Below, in pieces: positions 1-16,670 of a stretch of 64,000 bases of DNA (positions are counted from its first letter, which is position 1; each line of letters opens with the position of its first letter). A program made the position numbers and the translations under genes. The notes below the pieces were generated by a model that was not told the DNA's origin, did no database searches, and worked only from the letters and a program-made list of their open reading frames with translations. The stretch spans positions 61,690,001-61,754,000 of the forward strand of contig OZ024743.1 in the NCBI GenBank assembly GCA_964016885.1, read 5' to 3'. This DNA comes from Eledone cirrhosa (taxonomy: Eukaryota).

Positions 1-710
1 GAATGTGTTTTGGGTCTGGTGTCGGTCTCGGGTTTTGCCCGCCAGTTATTTCGTCCTCTATGTTGCCTCTATCTATATGCCTACTATGCCTCTATCTACA
101 TGCGTCAGGGTTACGCCTTTCGCTTACTAAGGTGTTCTGTTTTGTATTGTCGGCTCTACTATTTGTCTCGTTAATGTTATGTGGTGCTGTTGTCGGGGCT
201 ATACCATTGCTACCAGGCCGGGTGTTCCCTATACCGGGTGCCACGGCCGTACTTGTCCTTACCCTGTCCCTAGTTCTAGTTTCCGCGACGCATGTGGTGT
301 GCGTGCCGGGCTTTTGTCTACGTGTACTGGGTGGTCTGTCGCCCGTGTGTGTCTTCGTCTGTCCTATTGTCGGTCCAGTGTCCTTATGGTGATCTATGCT
401 GCTACGCGTGTTTTTGGAAGCTAGTTCCGGGTCGTTTCTTCTACCTATGGAAGTGCAACTGCTATTGCCCTATCCGCATGCCTCGGCGCTAGGCTCCTCC
501 CTGTCTGTGGTGTACACTATGCTTTCTGTGTAACCGGCCCTACCCAGTGCCTCATTATAATAGTCGGCGTGCTGGTTGAACACGTCTGCGTTGGCCGACA
601 GGGTGGTTACGCGTTTTGATACCCCTTCTATGACTGACTTGGGGTGGTTCGATTGCCTGTTCACATATTGCAGGTTCTCATTGGACTTGTGATATGGGGA
701 GGGGAGGTCT
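1..710 (-). pseudogene. Penelope-like element (Hydra-type) internal fragment: end of RT thumb and linker
   Basis: Minus strand reads PYHKSNENLQYVNRQSNHPKSVIEGVSKRVTTLSANADVFNQHADYYNEAL, homologous to PFHKVNENLTYINFNSNHP...IFSEHAEYYNNAL in the 3038-5368 ORF. It runs off the window edge. Confidence 0.8.
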
Positions 711-1349
711 ATGTATATGTCTGTACGTGTTTGTGTATATGGGTATATATACGCGTATGCATGTGTGTGCGCCTGTGTGTGTGTGTGTGTGTGTGTTGAT
801 GTATGTAGGCATCTATGCAGGCGTCTGTGTATGGGTATGTTTATAGGTTTATATGTTCTCCTTAAATGTGTGTGTATAGCGGGAGTCTATGCGTACGACT
901 GTCGTTATCTATGTGATTGTGTGTGTGAGAGAGAGAGTGCGCACGTGGACGTGTGAACTACCAAACCCAGCAGTAATTCATCGAAGTGTGGCAGACATGG
1001 GACAACTGATGGTCAGCCGAGCGATGCCTGTTGGTCAGAATTATGGTGACGTACACAACCAGCGGCCAATAACAGGACGTGTAAGAGGATGAAGTTTTTG
1101 ACGCTAACACCCCAGTGAAAGAATTTTCTCCGAAATCATTAGACGTGTCCATCGAACCTGCAGATCTATAACAGACAGATCCACACACTGATCGTGTCCC
1201 GAGCTGTCCGCCGGCGAAACAATTGTAACACACAATAAATTGAGTTCAGATGCATCACTGATTTTCCGTTTTATATGATATCACACTCTGCTCTGTAAGA
1301 ACATAGAATGCTCAACCGGCATACCGCCTATGGAAGCATCTTAGCTACC

Positions 1350-2606
<1,257 letters not shown>

Positions 2607-2639
2607 AAAGAATGAATAATAACAGGTAGACATCATAAA

Positions 2640-2991
2640 AACCCCACTTAAGGGTATTTACATTGTACATTTTACCATTCTGCTCTGAGGAAACAGTGGT
2701 TACAGCATTGGATATTTGAGTTCTGCAAGTACTTGTGAATTTGCACGTAGCATAACTAGGCTGCAGTACCACCGTGGAAACACTTGTAAGCACACGGAAT
2801 AAATTACCTTTTTATGATGTCTACCTGTTATTATTCATTCTTTATATACACTCCGGAATACTGAAGGATCAGGAACTAAGTTTCTTCAACAATTCTTCCA
2901 TAACTCGTAGAGTAACCTCTTACCATACGTCAACCATATCCAGTGTAGTAATTAACCATTACTACATCTTGGATAATCCTATACCTAATAA
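2640..2991 (+). repeat. 5' pseudo-LTR of the PLE
   Basis: Matches 5821-6166 except for one 5-nt indel and about one substitution. Confidence 0.95.
2681..2792 (+). ncRNA. Type I hammerhead ribozyme with a long stem II insert; second copy at 5862-5973
   Basis: tgct-CTGAGGA-(a)acagtggt...accaccgt(g)-GAAA-cacttg-TA-agca. Stem I is tgct/agca and the cleavage triplet is GUA. Confidence 0.7.
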
Positions 2992-3037
2992 TCGCCTCCT
3001 ACACAGTTGAGCAACCACACCGACACACGGCATTAAT

Positions 3038-5368
3038 ATGGAAAGGCATCATATAGGTATGTCACTTAAAAACATACCTATACCTAACAAAAGGGAATAT
3101 ATTCTTAGTATGATTCAACGCAATAACGACTTCATTCGGCGTGTACGATGGAAAGCTTTCCATTTCGATAAAGGACGCGCCAATCACTCGTCTGAATCAT
3201 ATGGTTTTAAATCATGTAAAAACCCACCCACAAACCCTCATCTCGATGCTTTCGAACAAGATTTAATGAAAACGACCATGAACATCAAATTCAACAAACA
3301 TAGAAATAATGAGCTGCAGAACAACATGAAAGCACTACTCCGAAAATTGCAAAATACCAATGGAATTGTTGTGAAAGCTGACAAGACTTCTAACGTGTAT
3401 ACCATGGATATCGATACGTACAATAACTTCATACGCAACGAACTACACAAAAAATATAGAAAAACAAATGAAACTACGCTAGCAAATATTAACAACGAGG
3501 CATATAAAGTGGTAAAGAATCTCAAGATAGACGATAGAACCGAGCCGATTATACCCGCTACCCCCACCTTCAACCTGAAGGACCATAAGGTAAATTTTGA
3601 CTCTAACCCTAATATCAGACTTATATGCCTTTCTAAATCAGACATAGGGAAAATTAGCAAACATATACTTGACAGAGTAATAACTCAAGTGAAAAAGAAA
3701 ATTGAAATTAAATTATGGGGCAACACTAGCGAAGCAATTCGCTGGTTTAATAACGTTAAGAATAAGAATAAATCTAAGTTTATACAATTTGACATAGACG
3801 AATACTACTCTTCCATCTCACCAAGCACTTTACGTAAGGCCCTATCGTTTGCTAAGGCCAATTCCGACCTAACGGAGGACGAAATTAATATTATTCTCGA
3901 GGCTAGAAAAACCATTATTAAGTTCGATAACTGCTACTGGGAACGTAAGGACAGACCCACAAATTTCGATATTACCATGGGTTCCAACGACTCGGCGGAG
4001 GTCACGGATCTCGTGGGAATTTACATAGCCCACATATTACATAGTAAATTTAGTAATCTACAGGGGGGGGGGATATATAGAGATGACGGGCTCTTATTAG
4101 TTAATAACTTGAATAACCAAAATCTTGAAAGGCTACGGAAAAATATTAGAAAATCTTTTAGTGAACTGGGTCTAAAAATAACATACGAATACAATCTTAA
4201 AGTAGTAAACTTTCTGGACGTAACTCTTAATTTAAATACTGGACAGATACGACCCTTCCACAAGGTAAATGAGAACCTTACGTATATTAACTTTAACTCT
4301 AACCACCCACTCTCCATGATCAAATCAGTTCCCCGGAGTATTTCTCTTAGAATCTCTCGCCTATCGTCTAATTCTGATATTTTTAGTGAACACGCTGAAT
4401 ACTACAATAATGCATTAAGGAATGCTGACCACCGGGATACAATAGAATACATTGATAGGAATTTCCATAACACACATAGCTCTACACGAAATCAAGGAAT
4501 GCGTAACCGGGGGACTAAAATACAAGCACACACACACAGTACTACCAGACATACTAATAATAGAAGATCACCACCAAATAAATCACGTTGTAGAAAGTAT
4601 ATCTGGTACAATCCTATTTTTAATGCCTCGATTAGTACAAAACTATCTCTTTCATTCTTTAAGTTAATCAACAAACACTTCCCTAGTTCCCATAAATACC
4701 GCAAAATTCTGAACTCTAAAACTATTAGACTATCATACTCCACGGCACCAAACCTTGAAGCATACATAAAAAAACTTAACTTAAGGCAATTAAACAACTC
4801 TACAAAACAAAACATTTTAGTAACAGATGGGCAGAACGCAATATCTGCCTCCCAACCACTAAATGGGAGACGGGTATTGCACAACCCACCTGTACCGCTA
4901 TCACAACCTATCCATGATGTACCCGCTACCCACAACAAAGAATGTAACTGCCATCTACCTGAAAGATGTCCATTGAAGAATGAATGCCTAAAGTCCAACA
5001 TTGTTTACCAATGCACGGTTGAATCGAACGACCAGAAATGGTATTATATCGGATCTACCACCACATCGTTTAAATCTCGCTGGTACCGTCATCGATTCTC
5101 AATCAAACATCCGAATCACCGTTTTGTGACCACGCTCGCCAATAAGACCTGGCAACTCCGTGAACACAACCAACAGTTCACCTTAAAATGGGATATACTT
5201 TCCAGCGCAAGTGCATATCGGAGTGGATTGAAGTATTGCAGGTTATGTAACCTTGAGCTCTTTTACATATTAAAATCCCAAAACAAACTACTTAACGATA
5301 GAATTGAACGATCATTATACTGCAACCACAAACTAAAAGCTAAATTCTCTCACTATAAAATAACTTAA
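3038..5368 (+). CDS. PLE reverse transcriptase plus C-terminal GIY-YIG endonuclease, 776 aa, uninterrupted
   Basis: RT motifs KADKT, LKDHK, FDIDEYY, ITMGS, YRDDG and FLDV. Linker CxCx5Cx5C (CNCHLPERCPLKNEC). Endonuclease IVY...YIGST...RWYRH. Terminal CRLC and CNH motifs. Confidence 0.95.
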   Translation: MERHHIGMSLKNIPIPNKREYILSMIQRNNDFIRRVRWKAFHFDKGRANHSSESYGFKSCKNPPTNPHLDAFEQDLMKTTMNIKFNKHRNNELQNNMKALLRKLQNTNGIVVKADKTSNVYTMDIDTYNNFIRNELHKKYRKTNETTLANINNEAYKVVKNLKIDDRTEPIIPATPTFNLKDHKVNFDSNPNIRLICLSKSDIGKISKHILDRVITQVKKKIEIKLWGNTSEAIRWFNNVKNKNKSKFIQFDIDEYYSSISPSTLRKALSFAKANSDLTEDEINIILEARKTIIKFDNCYWERKDRPTNFDITMGSNDSAEVTDLVGIYIAHILHSKFSNLQGGGIYRDDGLLLVNNLNNQNLERLRKNIRKSFSELGLKITYEYNLKVVNFLDVTLNLNTGQIRPFHKVNENLTYINFNSNHPLSMIKSVPRSISLRISRLSSNSDIFSEHAEYYNNALRNADHRDTIEYIDRNFHNTHSSTRNQGMRNRGTKIQAHTHSTTRHTNNRRSPPNKSRCRKYIWYNPIFNASISTKLSLSFFKLINKHFPSSHKYRKILNSKTIRLSYSTAPNLEAYIKKLNLRQLNNSTKQNILVTDGQNAISASQPLNGRRVLHNPPVPLSQPIHDVPATHNKECNCHLPERCPLKNECLKSNIVYQCTVESNDQKWYYIGSTTTSFKSRWYRHRFSIKHPNHRFVTTLANKTWQLREHNQQFTLKWDILSSASAYRSGLKYCRLCNLELFYILKSQNKLLNDRIERSLYCNHKLKAKFSHYKIT

Positions 5369-5820
5369 CATTCGAACCCGTAACTATAACACCGCTTTCT
5401 AGCTAACAACCTTCTCTTCCCACCACACTACAAGACAATACACTGCTTATCACTATACATGGTAACTCAGTGCAATTCCTAGATTACTACTACAAACCCA
5501 AAGTTCACTCACCACACAAACTTTGTCTGTCCTCTCTCTACCTATCTCTCTCTACATCCATTACACTCTCTCTCTCTCACCTTTGGCCTACCTCCCTCTC
5601 AACATCTATGAACCTGCCCTCTGGGGCAATAAATAATTCCGACCTAAACTATCAACGCATCTCTCCAAAAGTAACCAGTATAATAAAACCCCTACCATAA
5701 CATTTTGATTAAGATATCTACAAGCCACTCTCTCCTACTTCTCCAACCCCTGAATATCTTTCTTTCTCTCTCCCTCTTCCCTACTTTTCTCTCTTCCTTT
5801 TCTACTCTATCTTCCCCAAC

Positions 5821-6342
<522 letters not shown>

Positions 6343-6691
6343 GAAAATTAGGATTGATGCTCTGAAATAGCGATGTATACATGGATGTATGTATAGTATA
6401 TTTGGCAATATACCGTATGTTTAATTAGAAACATTTTGAAGACCTTGCGCTAGAATTTTTAAAGTAGTGACTATGTCACTTACTTCTTTATTCAACAAAA
6501 GAAGGGAGAGAAGCTGACAGATTCTGTTTCACGCTGTTTCACGCTGTCCGCGAGCCTTTGCCAAAAATTATAGAGGCTGGATTCTTATAGAATTCCAGTA
6601 ATAATGAGGAACTGATTATACAGAGCGATTCTCGATCCAGCAAAAATAAAAAATTAGGATTGGTGCTCTGTAATAGTGATATATATATATA

Positions 6692-6946
6692 TAGTGAAAT
6701 ATTGAAGAGTAACATGGTCGGCTGTACAACAATGGGCTTTATTTCAATTGTACAGCCGACCATGTTACTCTTCAATCTTTCACTATTATTACTCCAAGTA
6801 TAACCTGCATAGGAATTCTCGCGAACTCGCTGCCTAACTACGGAAACATCTTGTTGAGCCAAACAAAACCGTACATTAAAACTATCCACGACACAGAGTA
6901 CTCACAACCTCTAACTGGATTACTTATAACGATAACATGTTATCCC

Positions 6947-6947
<1 letters not shown>
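6692..6947 (+). mobile_element. Short PLE-type 3' end with a 5' inversion (hairpin 6692-6785)
   Basis: Near-perfect arms of about 37 bp (gtgaaatattgaagagtaacatggtcggctgtacaa and its reverse complement). The terminus resembles 10855-10905. TA flanks. Confidence 0.6.
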
Positions 6948-7002
<55 letters not shown>

Positions 7003-7006
<4 letters not shown>

Positions 7007-7215
7007 CAAGACCAAGCTCCGCCTGTACAAGAGCATCGTGCTGCTGAAAGTGCTTTATGCGATAGACACCTGGAGATTACGGCAAAAATAGAGAGACGGC
7101 TGAACGCTTTCCACCAGCGGTGCTTGCGAAAGATCCTTCGTGTGTCCTGGCACGGCCTCGAAAAAGTTGCCGCTGATCGTGACCGTTGGCGAGTACTTAC
7201 TGCTCAATGCGCCGA
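7003..7215 (+). mobile_element. RTE-clade LINE 3' fragment, internally deleted
   Basis: TKTKLRLYKSIV...RLNAFHQRCLRKILRVSW joined to AADRDRWRVL. Confidence 0.75.
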
Positions 7216-8077
7216 ACGGCGCGGAAGATTAAGACAAGATATATATTGTTATACTTGGGGAGGGTCATATTGTTGTAATATTGCCAGAAATAATAGCAGA
7301 ACAGACTCACTGTTTGGTTGGTTTTCATTTCTGTATCTTTTATATCTCCATAGTTAATTTATTTAGCAATCAATGTTTATCATTGATTTACCAGCGTTTA
7401 AAAATACAGATATAAATATATATAATAGTCTATCATCTATTATGTACTATTATGTTTCCTCCTGTTGTATTGTATGTCTACACCATTTTTATTTTTATAT
7501 ATTTATTTCTTCTTGTCTCTGTCTCTGCGCATGTGTTTGCGTGTGTGTATAATATTTGGTGTGTGTTTGTTCGCGTTTGAGTGTATGTGTTTTTGTTTTC
7601 GTATTCTATATTTGTTCACTTGTGTGTGTTTATTGTTGTTATTGTACTTGTGTATATATCTATTTATTTATATATAAATAATCGAAGTCAGTGTTGCAGC
7701 ATATGTATAAACGTTATTTGCATATTACAATTGTTTCGATATCGATCAACATGGGGTACAATCAAGGTAACGGGGCCCGACTCTTTTTCAACATCTCGGC
7801 AGATCTGTGAGCTGATCGATGTCGAACCGAATTTAATATGCAAATAAAGTTTGTGCATATGCTGCAACACTGACTTCGGTTCATTTAAATATATATGTGC
7901 ATATATACAATCTGAAAACTGCAGCCGTCTAAACCTGGAGCACAATCCAAAGCGAGACGGACCCCGTAACAGCATCGAGTGCTTCGATCAGCGTCACCGC
8001 TAGTAACCACAAGCTACTCACATAATATATATATATATATATATATATACACCCAGGGAGTGTAACGTGAAGTTATT

Positions 8078-8112
<35 letters not shown>

Positions 8113-8558
8113 GTTGCCAAATCAATTTCCAATAAGTAGCGGATTTTGTTTTGCTCTATATCTGACAATGACAATTTCGTTCAACAAAATATAGGTATAT
8201 TTTCTAATTATCTATGATACAGGTCTTCGGAGAATTCTATATCCTCATTAGTACCAGGGCAAGTCGAATGTACTATGGAAAACTATAGTTTTGAATAAAA
8301 TTAATTGTATCTCGTGTACGGGCAGTTAATTTTCAATTGAGATTTTATACATTTAGGTACTTTCGTCTCCAACGTTTCACGAAGACAGGCGACGCCAACA
8401 GAGGCGTCCGAAATCGTTCATCAGAAGGAAAATTTAATATGGATGTAGGTCACCTGTCTTCGTGAAACGTTTGGTAATGGAATAATTATATTTTGTTATG
8501 TATTACATAATTAAATAACTCTGTAGAGCACTCTTCTTTCCTTTACCCTTTCTACGGA

Positions 8559-8594
<36 letters not shown>

Positions 8595-8595
<1 letters not shown>

Positions 8596-8859
8596 GTAGG
8601 AGGTGAGTTTTATTGTAGTACAATAAAGCAATGCAGATATCGGATAAGAAGCACTCTACAGTTTGTAGGACTGGAGTATACATAATATAAGATCAAAATA
8701 TGTTGATTTAAAACTGCACTATCCACAAGTGTTTTTTAGCCTTCATATCATGTTCTCCTGTTTTATCTGATGAAAACACAAATATTATTGCATGATGATG
8801 TTTGTTTTTGAAATGCGCATAATAAAATACATGGAACTCCTTTAACCATCTTTTGATCT

Positions 8860-8866
<7 letters not shown>
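8595..8866. mobile_element. Non-coding HHR element with an inversion; same family as 46629-46960
   Basis: HHR at 8761-8827 (+): ttttat-CTGATGA...GAAA-tgcgca-TA-ataaaa. Shares the gtaggaggtgag terminus with 46631. TA flanks. Confidence 0.8.
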
Positions 8867-8936
<70 letters not shown>

Positions 8937-9413
8937 CGAGTAGTGGGTGGCTGTAACCACATGATTTGTGATTCCAATGAGTATAACAGTATCGCCCGAT
9001 TACCTGATATTTTGAAAATACACCCCCTACACTCACACATACAGACTCATACACACCAAACAGAAATGTTCTCTTCCATTTGAGAGCCACAGTATGATAA
9101 TGCTGGTATGTTTATCATAAATAAAGTTTCCTGTAATGGTTAAATGTACTGTAATAAAAAGTCGAGTTTCCATAGGCGAATATCTATCTCTAGTACACAC
9201 CTAGAAAGTAATGATCACCTGTTGGAAGAGAGGAATTAATGTATATGGTATGCATCAGTAAATATGAAACCAATAATATTTAGGTCTGTTGATGTCATAC
9301 ACATACGGACACACACACACACATATTCATCTCTCTCTATATATATGTATATATATATATATCAGAAATAGCCGTCGAACTGCTTGAGCTCTGCCGTCAG
9401 GGTCATACACTTT

Positions 9414-9452
<39 letters not shown>

Positions 9453-9496
9453 GTAGAACACTGGAATGTAATATCCCTAGTGGTAGAGCACTCAGT

Positions 9497-9562
<66 letters not shown>

Positions 9563-9588
9563 GTAGATATATATATATGTACATATAT

Positions 9589-9692
<104 letters not shown>

Positions 9693-9984
9693 GCGTGTGT
9701 GCGTGTGTGTGTGTGCGTGTGTGTGCGCGCGCGCGAGTGTGTGTGCGCGCGCGCGAGTGTGTGCGCACACATCCGTATGGAAACAGTATATTCCGTCGGG
9801 TGTGTTGTGATAGAAATATTTACACGATTGTACTTATTGACACTATAGGTTTTTCAATAGTGCCGCACCCTCGCAATCACGAGATTCTCTATATTTATCC
9901 TGTGTAATTGGCTAAAACGATTAACGTCTAAGCAGATACTCTTATATATATAAAATTGAAGATTTGATTTTGGCAATAATTTTC

Positions 9985-10440
9985 CATGTCAATCGTACAC
10001 ACCTTGAATATGACTCCGTTATATGGGCACCCAATTTAAAGAGAGACAAGGACATTATTGAAAATGTGCAGCGAAGAGCAACAAGCCTCGTCCAGGGATC
10101 TCTTCACTAGCCTACAATGAACGTCTTCAGGCTTTGGGACTCCCGACGCAGGAAGTAGAGGACAGTCATAATACAAGCTTTTAAAATACTAAAGGAGTTC
10201 GATAAAGTACAGTAGACTAGAAGGTGGCACTCAGCAGGACTAAAGTTAGGATACAACTGGAAGTTCCAGGTGCAACACCAACCACGTCCTAGGGACTACT
10301 TCTTTTTTGCACGTGCGATCATCCACTGGATCAACTTCAAATAAGAAGTTGACCTACCCAAAAATTAATATTTTTAAGTCAAGTCTTGAAAAAGAGTGAA
10401 CAAACCACCCGCTCAACTTTAACTATCTATTCTCGTATTG
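9985..10440 (+). mobile_element. Decayed CR1/L2-group LINE 3' fragment
   Basis: HLEYDSVIWAPNLKRDKDIIENVQRRATSLV...YNERLQALGLPT. Confidence 0.75.
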
Positions 10441-10637
10441 ATGCCCATCTGGGAGGCACCGAAACCAAGTGATGTACGATACTCAGAAGAAGATCATGTC
10501 TACCATGGTATGAGTCTAATTACCCTTACTGGGCACCAAATGTCCATACTTAAGATATATATAGATATATATTCATATGTAAGAATCCGTAGATGAAAGG
10601 TCAAGGAAAATAGTATCTAACTTGTTGCAAGAGAGCT

Positions 10638-10846
10638 TATATGGTATAAACAAAGTTTTATACACTGAACATGTATGAGCAACCATTGGTTTCGGAGTCT
10701 AGTTATAGGCACCATTGTATATCCTGTTCCCAATGGTGGCGCATTTTTAAAGTGCCTCCTCCAATATACAGTGGTGGCCATAACCGGACCATGAAACCAA
10801 TGGTTGCACATACATGCTAAGTGTATGAAGCTTTGTTTATACTATA
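10638..10846. repeat. Imperfect inverted repeat, arms about 80 bp
   Basis: tatggtataaacaaag...caaccattggtttc versus gaaaccaatggttg...ctttgtttatactata. Confidence 0.75.
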
Positions 10847-10854
10847 TATATATA

Positions 10855-12057
<1,203 letters not shown>

Positions 12058-12149
12058 GTATATATATATATAAATATATATATATATGTATATATACCAT
12101 ATATACCATATATACATATATATATATATATTTATATATATATATATAC

Positions 12150-12199
<50 letters not shown>

Positions 12200-12212
12200 G
12201 TATATATATAAA

Positions 12213-12785
12213 TAGTTAAAAGAATAGAGGTGTAACACACAAGTTATTATATATTGGTAAACGGAATAGAAAATGCTGACAAATTGTTCACAGTTGAAAA
12301 ATGGTTTAATTAGGAATAGAAGAGTATTAGTGATTGTATGGGTTAGTATTCAGTTGTGGTTTTAAGTTTTTAAGTTTTTACCGGTTGCGCATTTCTAAAT
12401 GCTTTTCAAAAATAATTTTGAGATAGAGTGTCCGTGTTGTTTGCTCTGATCTGATTAGTTTTGGGAATTCTACCTGTTTTTATGTTAAAAAAGTGGCTCC
12501 AGCGTTACTTTGGTGTTTTCAAAAATTCTTGTGGTCAAAACAATTTTGATTGGTCGGTAGAGGTCACGTGAATGTAAAAAACTAATCAGATCAGAGCAAA
12601 CAGCACGGACACTCTATTTCAAAATTATTTTTGAAAAGCATTTAGAAATGCGCAACCGGTAAAAACTTAAAAACTTAAAACCACAACTGAATACTAACCC
12701 ATACAATCACTAATACTCTTTTATTCCTAATTAAACCATTTTTCAACTGTGAACAATTTGTCAGCATTTTCTATTCCGTTTACCA

Positions 12786-12792
<7 letters not shown>
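12213..12792. mobile_element. Palindromic non-coding element (arms about 215 bp plus a 34-bp tail); same family as 36661-36893
   Basis: 12247-12462 is the reverse complement of 12577-12792. TA flanks. Confidence 0.85.
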
Positions 12793-12853
<61 letters not shown>

Positions 12854-12854
12854 G

Positions 12855-13590
12855 AATGCTGAAATCTTCACTTTCAGTGAGAAGAATTGTTGTCCTGTTC
12901 TGTGCGGCGGCATGCTCTGGAGTGGCTTTAGAGGTCAATCCTGGACCCGCAGGTTTTGGTAAAGTTGGGCAAGTTTGTACTTGCTCAGTTGGTGGTTGGG
13001 TGGAGGACAGCTTTCTTCTTTGATGTTTGTCTTCAGCTGCCGCCTTCCCGACCTCCTCAAAGCTGGCTGCAGCTGCTTTGATGGTCACTCTCCACTTTTC
13101 TCTGTCTTCTGCCAGGTGTTCCTAATCCCGGAGATCAATATTGCCTTGGACCAGCTGACGCTTGAGTTGGTCATTGAAGCTTTTTCGGAAGGCTCCTTGG
13201 CGTATTTCTCCGTATAAAACTGCCTTTGACATCCTAGAATCGTCCATGTTCGAGACATGGCCTGTCCAGAGGAGCTCTCTCGGCATCAGCATGCTATCAA
13301 TGCTTGTGATATCGGCCCTCGCGAGAATCTCCTCCTTTGTTACATAGTCCTGCCAACGGATACCCATGATGGAGCGAAGACATCGGTGATTGAATCTTTC
13401 CAGTAGCTTGATTTTCTTCCTGTACAGGAGGCTAATGATTACAAACGCTCTGTAGACTCCGATCTTTATGATGCGGCGTAGAGAGTGGTTCTGTCAGACG
13501 CCTTTCTGCAAGCATCGGAATGAGCTGCTGACCTTGCCAACGCGGTTGCCAATGTCTTCTGCTGTGAAGTGCTCCACAGCATTGAGGGGT
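12855..13590 (-). mobile_element. RTE (BovB-like) LINE 3' part, decayed
   Basis: LERFNHRCLRSIMGIRWQDYVTKEEILARA...WTGHVSNMDDSRMSKAVLYGE. Confidence 0.85.
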
Positions 13591-13957
13591 TAACAAAAAC
13601 TTAGAATTAATAAGGTAACGAACACTGCGTACTGGACGTACTTACATGCATAGTGACTATAGCGAAGTTAGATAACTTAAAAAATAGATCTGATAGGTCA
13701 AAAAGAATGTTATATTTGGATTCAGGAAACTGATTTTGTATAGGAAGGATGTCTATTTCCTAAAACCCCAAAACCTTATAAACCAAAGTAATTTATTTAT
13801 TTATGTACATACACGAAACAAAGGTGCCACCCGAGGTTTCAAAGCCCTACTTTGACCATACCTTCAGAATACAAGAGGCAAATCAACTTAGTGACCGTTC
13901 TTGAGATGCCTATAAGAGTTTATAAGATACCATTTAAAATATAATATATATACACAC

Positions 13958-13988
<31 letters not shown>

Positions 13989-14097
13989 TATATATATATA
14001 TATTATATATATGTTATATATATATATTATAAATATATAATATATATATATATAATATATATATGTTATTTATATATATATTATAAATATATAATAT

Positions 14098-14166
<69 letters not shown>

Positions 14167-14167
<1 letters not shown>

Positions 14168-14925
14168 TACGTACATACATATATGTATACAGATGTACAG
14201 TAGTATGTATATATATATATATACTACTGTACATCTGTATATATATATACATACATGCACACATATATATATGTACGTATGCATTTACCGAACATTTATT
14301 ATAATGATCGGTTTGTTTGTAAACAAACAAATATCCCGAATTAAGCCGTACAGTGTTTAGCAACCACCGTTGCTCTTTTGTTCAACACTGACAAAGGAAC
14401 GATGTACTAGTTTCAAGCTTATTAGCTATCGTCAGCACCGTATACCTTCCTGCCAGATGACTGAACGTCTGAAAGTATATACTTTCCATATGCATATTAA
14501 CGGCTGAGCAGCCTAATTTACATATCGAGTGAATTAATCGGCCGGGCTCAGCCGTTAATATGCATAAGGAAAGTATATACTTTCAGACGTTCGATCATCT
14601 GGCAGGAAGGTATACAGTGCTGACGATAGCTAATAAGCTTGAAACTAGTACATCTTTCGTTTGTCAGTGTTGAACAAAAGGGCAACGATGGTTGCTAAAC
14701 ACTGTACGGCTTAATTCGGGATGTTTGTTTGTTTACAAAGGAACCGAGCATTATAATAAATGTTCGGTAAATCCATACGTACATATATATATGTGTGCAT
14801 GTATGTATATATATAGATACTACTGTACGTCTGTATACATAAATGTATGTACGTATACATACTTATATTTAAGTAACAGCCGTACTAAACGTAAGAAATG
14901 AAAATTCGTTTCATTTTTTCCATTT
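14167..14925. mobile_element. Palindromic HHR element (arms about 310-340 bp plus a tail)
   Basis: ~14167-14510 is inverted relative to ~14545-14856, with an HHR in both arms. Confidence 0.85.
14617..14653 (+). ncRNA. Minimal type I hammerhead; mirror copy at 14402-14438 (-)
   Basis: gtg-CTGACGA-t-agct-aata-agct-t-GAAA-ctag-TA-cat, with palindromic stem/loop III CTAG. Confidence 0.8.
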
Positions 14926-15059
14926 ATATATAAATATATATAAATATATTAAATATATATATAGTAAATATATACATCATATATTATATATATATAATAT
15001 ATATATATAATATATATTATATATTATATATGTATAATATATATTATATATAAATATAA

Positions 15060-15132
<73 letters not shown>

Positions 15133-15971
15133 ATATTAATAAATGGAAACTATATTTATAAAACCATATTTATTTTATTATATATATTTCAAGGGCAACC
15201 AAGGCAAATTATGGTTCGCTTTCATCAGATAAAATACAGATTTGTTTTATAAATAAATATTGACATACCCGGAAAAAAAGACAACCTTAACGGTTGGAGC
15301 TTCCTGGATAGTGGAGATAATATTTTATTGAGGGTAATACAAGTTTTGAGTGAGTATGCAAATGAGTGTCCGAAAAGTTGAAAAGATAACGGTTTATTTA
15401 AATTAAACTGTTGGAAGAAGATGGTATGTAAGGGAGAGAGAATAAAGAAAAGGAAGGAGAAAGAGGGAAGAGGAAAGAAAGAACGATTATACATAGTGAT
15501 AGTGAAGAAAGTCAGAGTGACTGAAGAAATAAGTTTTAAGGGAAAATATACATAATGTAAATATATCTAAGTGAAAGAAGAAGTGAAAGAAGAAATAAGA
15601 TTAACGTGGAAGAATAATATTTAGAATGTAGGGTTCATTACGTCTTACAGTTTTCCTTCGGTTGCAACGTTTCTCGAAATATTTAATTCTGCGTTCACAG
15701 ATTGAATTTTTTAGTTTAAGAAGATCCCGTTAATGTTGAAAGCAGCGATTCTTTGCTTAAACTTTCTTTCTTTCTCAATCCCTCTCCTTTTTTTCTCATA
15801 CCCCCTCTCTCTCTCTCTTTCTCTCTTTCTCTCTCTCACTCATACCCCCCTCTCTCTTCCTCTACAGAATGGAGAACAATAACGAACGCGCAGATCTCTC
15901 TCTCTGTCTTTATATATATATATATGTTTGTGTGTGTGGGGGGGGGGGGGGAAACCAGCGTTCGTCGCCAT

Positions 15972-16021
<50 letters not shown>

Positions 16022-16446
16022 ATTATCTTGTACCTTTCTCTGTATAACGACCTATCTCACTCTCTCTCTCTACATCACCCTTTCTCTCTTTAGATGTATA
16101 TGTATATGTTTGTGAGTGTGATATATATAGAGAGAGTGAGTTGCAACATGTATGTAGTTTCATAGTTTGTTGAGGGTAGTAGTAAGCGCGTTACAGCATG
16201 TATTTAGTTTTATCGATTTTTTTCATAGAAGCAGAAAATTTTTTGGGGGGCAAAGTTTATTACGCGTTGACCATCCTTGGTAAGTTTGGAGCACATTGGA
16301 AAAAAATCATCAAAATCGGTAGAGAAATGTGGAAATGCATACAAATCATACACACACACAGACAGACATCCTCCGTTTTATATATATAGATATATATATT
16401 ATATATACATATATATATATTATATATATATATATATTATATATAT

Positions 16447-16480
<34 letters not shown>

Positions 16481-16500
16481 ATTACATATATTATATATAT

Positions 16501-16627
16501 CTATCTATCTATCTATCTAAGGCGGGTAAAATTCCCGAGATCCATGGACGAGTTCTCTCCAGCGGTCTCTGTCCTTCATTATCGCTGCCATGTCCTGCGT
16601 CTCCAACAGACCAGTGTCTGTCCTTAG

Positions 16628-16631
<4 letters not shown>
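16501..16631 (-). mobile_element. RTE 3' end with (TAGA)n tail; same family as 27020-27310
   Basis: Homologous to 27180-27310 ([10 protein letters not shown]). Confidence 0.8.

Positions 16632-16665
<34 letters not shown>

Positions 16666-16670
<5 letters not shown>

Noticed and set aside
1000-1232. Possible hammerhead ending GAAACAATTGTAacac
   Set aside because: No upstream CUGANGA with a matching stem I; only ctgatgg and ctgatcg are present.
3038-5368. Naiad-type selenoprotein PLE
   Set aside because: The endonuclease is C-terminal and the ORF has no in-frame TGA.
8364-8428. Minus-strand CTGATGA-acga...tcgt-GAAAC motif
   Set aside because: The UH cleavage site and stem I are missing. It is probably a dead HHR, so it was not called.
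16520-16631. First read as an RTE 5' UTR with a ribozyme
   Set aside because: The opposite strand encodes the RTE C-terminus followed by a (TAGA)n tail.
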